Positions 19,690-29,668 of a DNA stretch of 64,000 nucleotides are shown here, in pieces. Position 1 is the first letter of the stretch. Each line of letters starts with the position of its first letter. Source of the DNA: Oligoflexales bacterium (GTDB taxonomy: Bacteria; Bdellovibrionota_B; Oligoflexia; Oligoflexales; RGVZ01); assembly GCA_947494335.1 (NCBI GenBank), contig CANLUT010000001.1, forward strand, positions 921,649 through 985,648, given 5' to 3'. The translations under genes and the position numbers were made by a program. The notes below the pieces were generated by a model that worked only from the letters and a program-made list of their open reading frames with translations, was not told where the DNA came from and did not search any database.

Positions 19690-19940
19690 AACGAGTGATG
19701 GCCCATAGATCATTTAATCACGATGCTCTTGAATTTGTCAGGAAAGCGTGAATACGACTGGAATTAATGCCACAAATAAATAACCCGCGAGCGAAAACTC
19801 TCACCGAAAACTAGGCTAGTTCACAGCTCCATAAATTGATACATCAATAGCAATGACCTGATAGTGATAAGATGGCGAGATATCAGAAGTTGCGAGTTTT
19901 TGGACAATAATCTCTAAATCGGATTCGTTAACTAAACGGA

Positions 19941-20756
19941 CTATTTTTTTGTATCAATCGGTAGCAAAATATTTGCTCCACTGCCCTGACCGACCACGAG
20001 GGGACTTATGCCGTTCCATTTTTCCACAATTTGCAGTTGAACGAGGCCTGGACTGTCCTGGAGTGCGCGCCCCCGAACGCGAATCGCTTCGGCTTCTCCC
20101 TTGGCTTTAATGATCGCGGTGTTTGCTTCAATCTCTGTTTTCTGTTGTGTAAATTTCGCCTTTGCAGCCTCTTGTTCTTGAACCATCTTAGATTCAATGG
20201 CAGCCTCAAGCTCTTTGGACAGCGACACATCTTGAATGACTAAGTCCTCAACCACCAGAATATCCCCAATTTTTGTCCTGCCTCCGCTCAGTGCCTTGAC
20301 CTTGATCTCTTCACGTTTTTTTACGACCTGCTCTGCACTTTGCTGCGCTGTTACTTCTTTCAAAGCTTCAGCCACCCTTGGAGCAATCAAGCTATCGAAG
20401 GGATCACCGGCAAAATCTTGAAAGATTTTCACGACAGATGCTTCGGGAACTCTGTAAAGCACCCTGAGTTCTACGGTAATTTGTTGCAGGTCCGAAGAGT
20501 AGCATTCCGTTCGAACTGTCCTTGTTTGCTGACGAACCGAAACGGGTACGACCGTGGTTATCAGTGGCATTTTAAAACCAAGTCCCTCGGGCGCAAAAGC
20601 TGGAGAAACCTTACCTAGCGTTACGAGGATGCCGCGATTTCCGGGTTGCACAACATAATACGATGAAAAAATAAAAATAAACGCCACAAATGCTACGATA
20701 GCAATCGTGATTGATTTTAGACTGTTTTTGGGATCACGTATATTTTCAGGGGACAT
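19941..20756 (-). CDS. SPFH/Band-7 protein, prohibitin-like
   Basis: An N-terminal TM anchor is followed by a PHB-type core (VVQPGNRGILVTLGKV...YSSDLQQITVELRVLYR...) and a coiled-coil tail. Confidence 0.85.
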   Translation of the reverse strand: MSPENIRDPKNSLKSITIAIVAFVAFIFIFSSYYVVQPGNRGILVTLGKVSPAFAPEGLGFKMPLITTVVPVSVRQQTRTVRTECYSSDLQQITVELRVLYRVPEASVVKIFQDFAGDPFDSLIAPRVAEALKEVTAQQSAEQVVKKREEIKVKALSGGRTKIGDILVVEDLVIQDVSLSKELEAAIESKMVQEQEAAKAKFTQQKTEIEANTAIIKAKGEAEAIRVRGRALQDSPGLVQLQIVEKWNGISPLVVGQGSGANILLPIDTKK

Positions 20757-20940
20757 AACTCATACTCCTAACAGAAGATTCAAAAGATCTAAAATTATTT
20801 ATTAGTATAACAAGCCCTCGCCATATGTATAGGCAAGTAGCACCGCTAATTATCGAATTAAGAAAAAAATCTGTAGCGGTCTTCCCCTTGACTCCGCAAT
20901 CCTTAACTAAGGAAGACAAATAATACTTGCAGGAGCCGCC

Positions 20941-21339
20941 ATGGTCGGTGAAGGCATCGACAAGAAGGCGGCACGCAAACCCCAAGGACCAGATTACGTC
21001 GCCGCGGAAAAAAAATACGTGCAAAAAAAATTTAGAGAAGCGATCAAACTTTATCAGAAAGCCGAAGAATCCAAAGACATGGACGTCAAGGGACTCTAGC
21101 GCATGGGTTTTTCTTGCCGTGAAATCGAAAAATGTGATCTTGCTGTCATCCCCCCCCTCAAGAAAATATGGGAACTACAGCAAGCCAATAAAGTGTGGGC
21201 TGATGAGGAACTCGACGCACGTCGTGGAATCTTTCTACTAGCGCGATGCTACGCAAAAAATGGCGACCCCTCGGGCGCAGTTTACTACCTAAACGCATTC
21301 CTGCTGGATCCTAAAAAATACCGCAGTGAGTTACAGTAG
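20941..21339 (+). pseudogene. TPR-like small protein ORF interrupted by one in-frame TAG
   Basis: An AGGAG RBS lies 5 nt before the ATG at 20941. The 133-codon frame has a single amber codon at 21097-21099 (…DVKGL*RMGFSC…). Both halves read as one helical-repeat protein. Confidence 0.55.
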
Positions 21340-21503
21340 TCACTCAAACACAGAGATTTTGGATGGATTCACACGTCAAAAGAATATCAGCAATTCAGAG
21401 CCCAAGCTGAGCAGCGACTCAGCGGACGTCCGTCGTCTGTGTTGCTTCCGAAATTCATATTCTGCTCGTTTGATGTCGAATCAATCTGCGGTTGAATTCA
21501 TAT

Positions 21504-21866
21504 CTAGTCTTTGACGACGATCGTTCCTGCAATGCGATCGTGGAGCGTCTGAAATTTTGGATCAGAAAGAGCCATAAAATAACCCAAACCAAGCATCAAT
21601 CCCGATACAATCGCTCCAAAATATCGAACTAGAAAAGTCTTCATATCTGGTCGACTTCGAATTTTGACAAATGGCGAGGCTGCGCTAACCCACTCGATTG
21701 TTGGATCTTCAACCGGCATCTTGACTGGATCCAATTGCTTTTGAACCATAAACTCAAAACATGCAGACCCTGCCGATAGCGTCTTTCGCATGGCCTGGCG
21801 CAGATAGTTATTTTGGTAGACCAGTCGGACTTGATTTGTCAGCCCGATGCGGTTCGGATGCCCGCG
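21504..21866 (-). pseudogene. RDD-family membrane protein, 5'-truncated remnant
   Basis: The C-terminus ...LGLGYFMALSDPKFQTLHDRIAGTIVV is the RDD-domain end. The frame stays open upstream only to 21866, which lies inside the left end of repeat R2 copy C (starts 21857). The N-terminal TM/RDD part is missing. Confidence 0.5.
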
Positions 21867-22020
21867 TCATGATTACATCATGCCGCCCATGCCGGTATAT
21901 GTAATTTGGGTTTGGTATCTAGAAGTATCAGCGAGTAATTACAGGTAGTTATCATAAACCACTGCCTGGCTGGTCCCCCCTTATTTGGTGTGAAAAGGTA
22001 AAGCGAGGTATCAAATTCGT
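21857..22020. repeat. Repeat R2, copy C
   Basis: See 17160-17323. It contains attacatcatgccgcccat (21872-21890), which is identical to groEL stop plus last codons at 23785-23803. Confidence 0.8.
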
Positions 22021-22101
22021 CCCGATTCCGTCCCGATTTTGGTTTTTGATCGAAATCGGGGCGGTATCGAGTGTGCTACAAGTTTTAAAAAATGGCGACG
22101 T

Positions 22102-22125
22102 CATGTTAGCGTATGTGCTAACATG
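22102..22125. promoter_or_regulatory. Candidate toxin-antitoxin operator (9-bp inverted repeat)
   Basis: CATGTTAGC-gtatgt-GCTAACATG lies 18 nt upstream of the toxin ATG and just before the GGAGG RBS. Confidence 0.4.
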
Positions 22126-22142
22126 GGTTTTGGAGGATCTTT

Positions 22143-22525
22143 ATGAATAAGCGGCCGACTTCGAAGCTTGTTTACAGTGGAACGGAGCTGCGGCTTGAGT
22201 TCTACCAAAGCTCAGAGGGATCGGTACCAGCTGAAGAGTGGCTAGATGATCAAAAGGCGAAGGTTCAGCAGAAGTTTGCTACTTTATTTGCGTGGATTGG
22301 TGACCACGGGAAAATTTTTAACGAGCGCAAGTTCAAACATTTGACCGGATCTGACCCGATTTTTGAGTTCAAAGTAGACGATGGTAGGGTGCTTTGTTTC
22401 TTTTTTTCGGTGGGCGACTGGTTTTGACTCACGGTTTTTTGAAGAAAAGCGACAAAACTCCAAAGGGCGAAATCGAGAGGGCTGAATCTATTAAGGCAGA
22501 TTTTATAACTCGGGAGAAAAAATGA
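22143..22525 (+). pseudogene. RelE/ParE-superfamily toxin (Gp49/HigB-like, DUF891), frameshifted
   Basis: The track ORF ends at 22427 (...RVLCFFFSVGDWF*). The adjacent frame continues GRLVLTHGFLKKSDKTPKGEIERAESIKADFITREKK*, which is the canonical family C-terminus. One extra T in the T7 run at 22401-22407 would restore CFFFFGGRLVLTHGF. The restored stop overlaps the antitoxin ATG (ATGA). Confidence 0.75.
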
Positions 22526-22833
22526 AGAAGACAAAATCAAAACAGAAATCATGGCTTGATAAAAAGCTCGACGATAAAAAATTCAGAAAAGGTTTCATGG
22601 AAGAATACGTCAAGGTTTCAATTGGCGAGCAACTTGCGGCGCTCCGGCAAAAAGCTAATATGACGCAAGCTGCAGTAGCCAAGAAAGTTGGGACAACCGC
22701 ATCAGCGATCAGCCGCTACGAAAATGCGGAATATGATCGTTACGAACTTCAAACTCTAAGAAAGATCGTCGAAGCATGCGGCGGCAAACTCGACATTATT
22801 GTTGCACCAGCTAAAGGTGATGATGCTGCCTGA
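22522..22833 (+). CDS. XRE-family HTH antitoxin (HigA-like)
   Basis: The HTH_3 core is LRQKANMTQAAVAKKVGTTASAISRYENAE. It is positioned as the second gene of the TA pair. Confidence 0.8.
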   Translation: MKKTKSKQKSWLDKKLDDKKFRKGFMEEYVKVSIGEQLAALRQKANMTQAAVAKKVGTTASAISRYENAEYDRYELQTLRKIVEACGGKLDIIVAPAKGDDAA

Positions 22834-22862
22834 AAAAACGCGGCAACATTTATTCGGAATGT

Positions 22863-23279
22863 TTAGAAACGGACTAATTTTTCGATTTTGCTATTAGCGA
22901 ATCTTAATGTCCATTGGCCAGACTCTTTTTGGACAAAGTCATATACAATGGTCCGAAGGTCTCCTTGCCAATAGTTGAATGCGGTAGTTTTGCTGGGAAC
23001 GCAACCCCATCCGAGTACAGCCAGCGGAAAAACCCGCTTAGACATATGATATTCCTGATTTATGCCCTGTGGATTCAAGGTCACCTTTTCACAGGCCTGA
23101 GATGACCGACTGGACACAAAAAAGTTCGTGGATCCAGTGATCCTGACCTCGCTAACAGGTAATTCGATAGGCTCCGCCTCTGTCGCAAGCAATGGCATTG
23201 GTCGCAACAAAAGCAAAGGAAAGAGAATTAAATACTTGCTACTAAACGCTATTTTAAAGGTCGGATGTAGGTACTTCAT
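22863..23279 (-). CDS. Small secreted protein, paralog of 36583-36957
   Basis: It has a signal peptide. It shares about 57% identity over ~105 aa with the recA-adjacent paralog by hand alignment, including KVTLNPQGINQE, VFPLA.LGWGC.PS and YDFVQ...FANS. Confidence 0.6.
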   Translation of the reverse strand: MKYLHPTFKIAFSSKYLILFPLLLLRPMPLLATEAEPIELPVSEVRITGSTNFFVSSRSSQACEKVTLNPQGINQEYHMSKRVFPLAVLGWGCVPSKTTAFNYWQGDLRTIVYDFVQKESGQWTLRFANSKIEKLVRF

Positions 23280-23636
23280 TTGTCCCTTAAATAGTTGCGT
23301 ACTTTCTTAACAGCCATCTGCTAAAAATTTTTTCATGAAGTAGAGCTGATCTCAAAGGGGCCGCTTGAATTTTGTTCAGGTTATAAACTCATTCATACCT
23401 TTTAATCATCATTTTGAAAGAGTCAAAACGGAGACCTAAAAAGTTTTCAACTCCTGGTTTTATGGTTTCATCTCTCATCTCTCATCAGCTCTGATTCCAG
23501 AGCAGAAGAGAAGACGAAGCGCCTTAGAGGACTGCCCATTTTGGGACTTTTGCCGCAGACAATCCCCCTCCGGGTGATTTCTGGCGGTAGAGCCTAGATT
23601 TGGATTTATCAGACTCAGTTTAACTGACGTTAAAAG

Positions 23637-23670
23637 ACCCAAAGCCGAGGCTCGAACCTCGTCTTTGGGT
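23637..23670. terminator. R1-type hairpin downstream of groEL (likely groESL terminator)
   Basis: ACCCAAAGCCGAGGCTCGAACCTCGTCTTTGGGT is the same hairpin family as R1 A/B. On the groEL (minus) strand it is followed by CTTTTAA. Confidence 0.6.
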
Positions 23671-23785
23671 CTTCGTCTTTGGGGCCATTTGGGGAAGAAA
23701 TTTGGAGTACGACTCTGAAGTCGTCCCGAAAAATCGTCCCGATTGCAATTTCGGAGTTGTAACACTCCGAAATCACAAGTGTAAA

Positions 23786-25450
<1,665 letters not shown>

Positions 25451-25481
25451 CTAAGTTAGTCTTATCTATGTGTTGTTAAAA

Positions 25482-25769
25482 TCACTCGATGATGCCGAGG
25501 ATATCGCCTTCGGTCAAAATCAGGTGCTCTGCGCCATCCATCTTCACTTCTGAGCCAGAGTATTTGCTAAAAAGAACGCGGTCGCCAGCTTTGACTTCAA
25601 GCTTGCGGACTGTGCCGTTCTCAAGGACTTTGCCGTTACCAACAGCAACGACTTTGCCTTCCATCGGCTTTTCTTTCGCATTGTCAGGGATGATGATCCC
25701 GCCAACGGTCTTTTCTTCGCCCTCAAGGCGCTTCACAAGGATGCGGTCGTGTAATGGTCTGATTTTCAT
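25482..25769 (-). CDS. groES: Co-chaperonin GroES (Cpn10)
   Basis: [35 protein letters not shown]... runs 95 aa. It lies 49 nt upstream of groEL. Confidence 0.97.
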   Translation of the reverse strand: MKIRPLHDRILVKRLEGEEKTVGGIIIPDNAKEKPMEGKVVAVGNGKVLENGTVRKLEVKAGDRVLFSKYSGSEVKMDGAEHLILTEGDILGIIE

Positions 25770-25995
25770 TTTCAAGTTTCCTCTCTCTAAATCGAAAATC
25801 GTTAATAGGTAAAAGCGTGTAAATAACTTGGCTGACAAGGTAATCCGGGGCTTGAAGTTGTCAAGGCCCCACCTGCAAAAAAAGTTTTTACCCCTGATTT
25901 ATGCTAAAAGAAAGCCCTGAAATGCCTAATAGATGGGCTTTTCAGGGGCTTGTGCAAGATGAATGCTGAGATAGTGGCGTTTTTGTGCCTAAATT

Positions 25996-26805
25996 TCAGA
26001 CTTTAAGCAGCTTACGACCATCAGTATTGATGGATTTACGGGCAGCATACTGGGGTTCACCCCAGGAATTGATGATTTCTCGGACCAAGTAAGAGCGGGC
26101 CCGGATGGGGGTTGTATTCTCGTTGAAATCCATTTCTACGGCTGGCAAAGAAGGATTTTTTGCGATCACTATGAAGCTAAGCTGGAACGTCTCGTGACGG
26201 TCATCTTGCGCAAGATAGACTTGTTCAACATCACTCCAGGCCATCTGGTACTTACGAAATGGGATTTTGAACTCAAGTCCATTTTTGGTCACGCTCATGT
26301 GGCGTAAGCTCCGGAAGAAACTTGATAAAATAGCGAGCCAGGGGGCCAAGACGAAGAAGGCAAATGATGACGTCATAATCAGCGGATCATTGAGCTTAGG
26401 GTATGATGTCGACAATCTTGCCAGGACCATAAATCCGATACATCCAAAAAGGCCGATGCCGACCGAGCGAACGACTTTGCGTGGGAACGCGATAAAGCGT
26501 TTTCCGCCACCGGGCAGCGCATCGGTGAAGTAGAAGTTTTCGCGGTCTTCGTTCTGTCGGCGAAGGATATACTGAGATAAGTCGTCATCTTCGCGGTCAA
26601 TCTTGGAGATTTGCTCCCAGACCTTTGACTCAAGCTGAAAGCGTCCGGCTACTTCATAAAGTCTTGCTCGGAGCTTTAGGGCTTCTACATTGCGAGGTCC
26701 CATGGTGAGCAGTGCATCAAGTGCACTGTGCGCCTCAGATAAGTCCCCGGATTCGGCGATATTTTGGATTTCAGCGACATTTTTCATACGGTGGGGATCG
26801 GCCAC
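25996..26805 (-). CDS. Hypothetical membrane protein (N-terminal TPR-like region, 2 TM helices, PH-like C-terminus)
   Basis: The call rests on ORF length and hydrophobic segments. There is no catalytic motif. Confidence 0.55.
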   Translation of the reverse strand: MADPHRMKNVAEIQNIAESGDLSEAHSALDALLTMGPRNVEALKLRARLYEVAGRFQLESKVWEQISKIDREDDDLSQYILRRQNEDRENFYFTDALPGGGKRFIAFPRKVVRSVGIGLFGCIGFMVLARLSTSYPKLNDPLIMTSSFAFFVLAPWLAILSSFFRSLRHMSVTKNGLEFKIPFRKYQMAWSDVEQVYLAQDDRHETFQLSFIVIAKNPSLPAVEMDFNENTTPIRARSYLVREIINSWGEPQYAARKSINTDGRKLLKV

Positions 26806-27019
26806 CTTTGGAAAAACTTGACGTGAGGGAACCAGGGGGACCTCAGGTTTGTAAAAAAATCCAAAGGTTACTGTGGTTTAGATGTGTGTCGGTGTGGTCA
26901 ATCCAGACTCAGAAAATCTCATGAAATTGTTAATATAATCTTTTAAAAAGGCTTAAAATCTGGTAGGAATGCCGTCGGTCAGCCTAATTTTTAATCGGCT
27001 TGATGGATGAGGTCAACGC

Positions 27020-29668
27020 GTGAGCACAGAGCGGCATGGAATTACTGAAATCGAAAAAACAGTATCGCAGTCAGTTATGACCGCTCCTGTAGTTCCAGAA
27101 ATTTTGGCACCTGCCGGCGGGCGCGAACAGTTTTTCGCGGCACTCAATGCGGGAGCCGACGCCGTCTTTTTGGGTTTGAAGCAATTCAATGCGCGTTCTC
27201 GCGCAGAAAACTTCTCCATTGATGATCTGCGAAGTCTGGTGCCATTAGCCCATCGCTACGGCATGAAAGTTTTGGTCACGCTGAACATCTTGATCAAGGA
27301 TGTTGAATTGTCGGAACTCATCCAAACTCTTGGCGAGCTCGAGGACTTGGGTGTTCATGCGATCATAGTGCAAGACTTGGGTGTTGCCAAAATTGTGCGA
27401 GATAACTTTCCCGGTCTTAGACTCCATGCCTCAACACAGATGGCCGTACATAACCTTGCAGGCGTCCGTGAAGCATGGATGTATGGATTTAAGCGGGTGG
27501 TGTTAGCGCGGGAGTTGACCGCTGAAGAGATCAAGCGTATCCGTCGCGCGATACCTGAGGGTGAAGTGGAGCTAGAGGTCTTCTGTCATGGAAGTCTTTG
27601 TTACAGCTACTCAGGACTGTGTTTTTTCAGTGGTGCCGCCGACGCCCGTAGTGGTAACCGCGGCGAATGCGCATACACTTGTCGTGAGCCGTACAAGGTT
27701 GTCAGTGAACCTGGTCATGGATTCTTGTTCTCCATGCGCGATCTCGATACAGCCCATAAGCTCGATCAAATGGTCGCTGCCGGTGTCGACACCCTTAAAA
27801 TTGAGGGACGCAAGAAAGACGCTCAGTATGTGGCCAGTGTTGTTAAGCTTTACCGAAAAAAATTGGACGACTTATTTGGTCGTCCTACGATTCGCGACAA
27901 TGCTCCGCCCATGGCTAAAAGCCCTTTGCCAGTTGAAGCCGACCTGAGAAAAGACCTTCAGCTATCGTTCCAAAGGCAGACAACGAGCTTCTTCTTTGAA
28001 GGGCGCTACCATGAAAACGTCATCGATCTAAATAACCCAACGCATCATGGAATTCGCGTCGGTGTGGTTGAAGCGGTAGGCCGTGGTACGGTTTCGGTTC
28101 GTCTTGAAGATGACGTCGAAAAATTTGATGGATTAAAAATTATCGCGGTTGAAAAACTATTTCATGCCAAGCCACAGCACGGTGAATCTGTAGTTTCAGA
28201 TGCTTCAGGGCTTGATCAGCGTTACGAAAATCGTGAGCTGGCTTTTTCCCTTCGCGAGATGAGCTTTAAAGGACGGAAAGTTTATGAAGCATCCCGCGGC
28301 ATGCTTGTCGATATTGAAACACCCATGAGCGGCCAAGCAAGGCCAGCCGTTGGCGACTTGGTCTTTAAGGCGCGCAGTGACGATTTGCGGCGCCGAGTGG
28401 AGACGATGATCGGTGTGCCGGTTGACGCCCGCCTGCGTCCGATGACTCCTGTCAAAGCCAGCCTGATGGCCAAGGCGACTGATGACGGCGCCCTAACGAT
28501 GACGGTCAGTCTTTCCCGCAGTCGTGAAGTGATCGCTGAATCCACTATCGTTCTTCCAGAATGTCAGGTTCGCGAGAAGGGTGACCTTGTCAAAGACTTA
28601 AAAGATGTTTTCCACATCTTTGGCGACGAAGGTGTCTTTGTAGAGGAGTTTACGTGGGAGCTTAAGGACAATTATTTTGTTCCCCGCAGCAAGCTCAAAG
28701 ACCTCAAACGTCAAGTGGAAGAGGGTCTTGCAGAGAAGGCGCGCATGACCGTTGAGCGACACGTGGACCGTGCATTGGCCGCCGTATCAAGTCGTGGTGA
28801 AGCGCTGCCGGCCCAATCAATAGCAGTTTATGCGTTGAAGATTGATCGTCTCGAGTACCTCGAGTGGCTAACGGAAGATCTTCTTGCAGCGCCGATTCGT
28901 GAGATTATTTTTGAACCGAAGAAAATGTTTCTTCCCGGGATGAAGCCTGAGAGCTTCATTGAGCCTTTAAAGAGTTTTGCAGAGCGCACCGGTGTGAGGA
29001 TTCGCTTGGCTGTGCCGACAGTGATTCGTGCATGGGATGAGCCGGTGTTAAAACTTTGGTTTGCAGCGGCGCAACAAGCAGGTCTCAGCGCCTACGAGGT
29101 TGGTAATCCCGGAGGCTTTGGTCTGCTGAAAGAGTGGGGATTACCGCTAAGTGATATCTCATCTGATTTCACGTTATATGCTATGAATCGCGAAGCTGTG
29201 GCTTTTTGGCGAGATCAGGGTGTCAATACAGTGGCACTTAGCATTGAAGACGACCGTCACGATATTGAATCGCTATTGTCTCATTGGCCTGAGAAAGTCG
29301 CGCCCATGGCGATCCTGTATAAGGACACGCCATTATTTGTGGCGGAAGCTTGTTCGCTGACTGCCTTGCACAACGGCTGTCCAAGTAGTCAGGTTTGTGG
29401 ATACAGGACCCTTGAGATTGAAAATAAAAAGGGCGAGCGGTTTTTTGTTGGTCATGAAGGCTGCAAATCTATCGTCTACGGTAAAACAGCGTACTCAATT
29501 TCAGGTGAGCGGCACAGCCTCATGGCTGCGGGCGTTAGCCAGTTTAGAGTGGACTTTTTAACTCGTAGCTACGATCAACAGACGTTTTCCTCGATCCTTA
29601 AAGCCGTCATTGCTGACGAAAAAGTTTATGATACCCATCCTGCTAACTTCCTCGGGTGTCTAAAATGA
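27020..29668 (+). CDS. U32-family protein (RlhA/YdcP-like) with long C-terminal extension
   Basis: The U32 signature is EVFCHGSLCYSYSGLCFFS...SGNRGECAYTCREPY. At 882 aa it is far longer than the minimal U32 fold. Confidence 0.85.
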   Translation: MSTERHGITEIEKTVSQSVMTAPVVPEILAPAGGREQFFAALNAGADAVFLGLKQFNARSRAENFSIDDLRSLVPLAHRYGMKVLVTLNILIKDVELSELIQTLGELEDLGVHAIIVQDLGVAKIVRDNFPGLRLHASTQMAVHNLAGVREAWMYGFKRVVLARELTAEEIKRIRRAIPEGEVELEVFCHGSLCYSYSGLCFFSGAADARSGNRGECAYTCREPYKVVSEPGHGFLFSMRDLDTAHKLDQMVAAGVDTLKIEGRKKDAQYVASVVKLYRKKLDDLFGRPTIRDNAPPMAKSPLPVEADLRKDLQLSFQRQTTSFFFEGRYHENVIDLNNPTHHGIRVGVVEAVGRGTVSVRLEDDVEKFDGLKIIAVEKLFHAKPQHGESVVSDASGLDQRYENRELAFSLREMSFKGRKVYEASRGMLVDIETPMSGQARPAVGDLVFKARSDDLRRRVETMIGVPVDARLRPMTPVKASLMAKATDDGALTMTVSLSRSREVIAESTIVLPECQVREKGDLVKDLKDVFHIFGDEGVFVEEFTWELKDNYFVPRSKLKDLKRQVEEGLAEKARMTVERHVDRALAAVSSRGEALPAQSIAVYALKIDRLEYLEWLTEDLLAAPIREIIFEPKKMFLPGMKPESFIEPLKSFAERTGVRIRLAVPTVIRAWDEPVLKLWFAAAQQAGLSAYEVGNPGGFGLLKEWGLPLSDISSDFTLYAMNREAVAFWRDQGVNTVALSIEDDRHDIESLLSHWPEKVAPMAILYKDTPLFVAEACSLTALHNGCPSSQVCGYRTLEIENKKGERFFVGHEGCKSIVYGKTAYSISGERHSLMAAGVSQFRVDFLTRSYDQQTFSSILKAVIADEKVYDTHPANFLGCLK

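Noticed and set aside
16200-23700. Integron-like cassette array, or a classical integrative island or IS/MITE, as an explanation for the R1/R2 repeats
   Set aside because: I found no IntI, tyrosine or serine recombinase, or transposase ORF. I hand-translated the ORF-free 18.06-18.48 kb stretch on the minus strand in all three frames and found nothing. No GTTRRRY/RYYYAAC attC core sites and no terminal inverted repeats were recognised. The repeats are reported as findings without a mobile-element label.
25770-25995. A CIRCE operator (TTAGCACTC-N9-GAGTGCTAA) or a clear sigma-32 promoter upstream of groES
   Set aside because: No CIRCE-like sequence is present. CTTGACA…CCCCGGAT on the minus strand has only a ~9-nt spacer, too short for a sigma-32 promoter. 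The imperfect palindrome GGGGCTTGAAGTTGTCAAGGCCCC was noted but cannot be interpreted.
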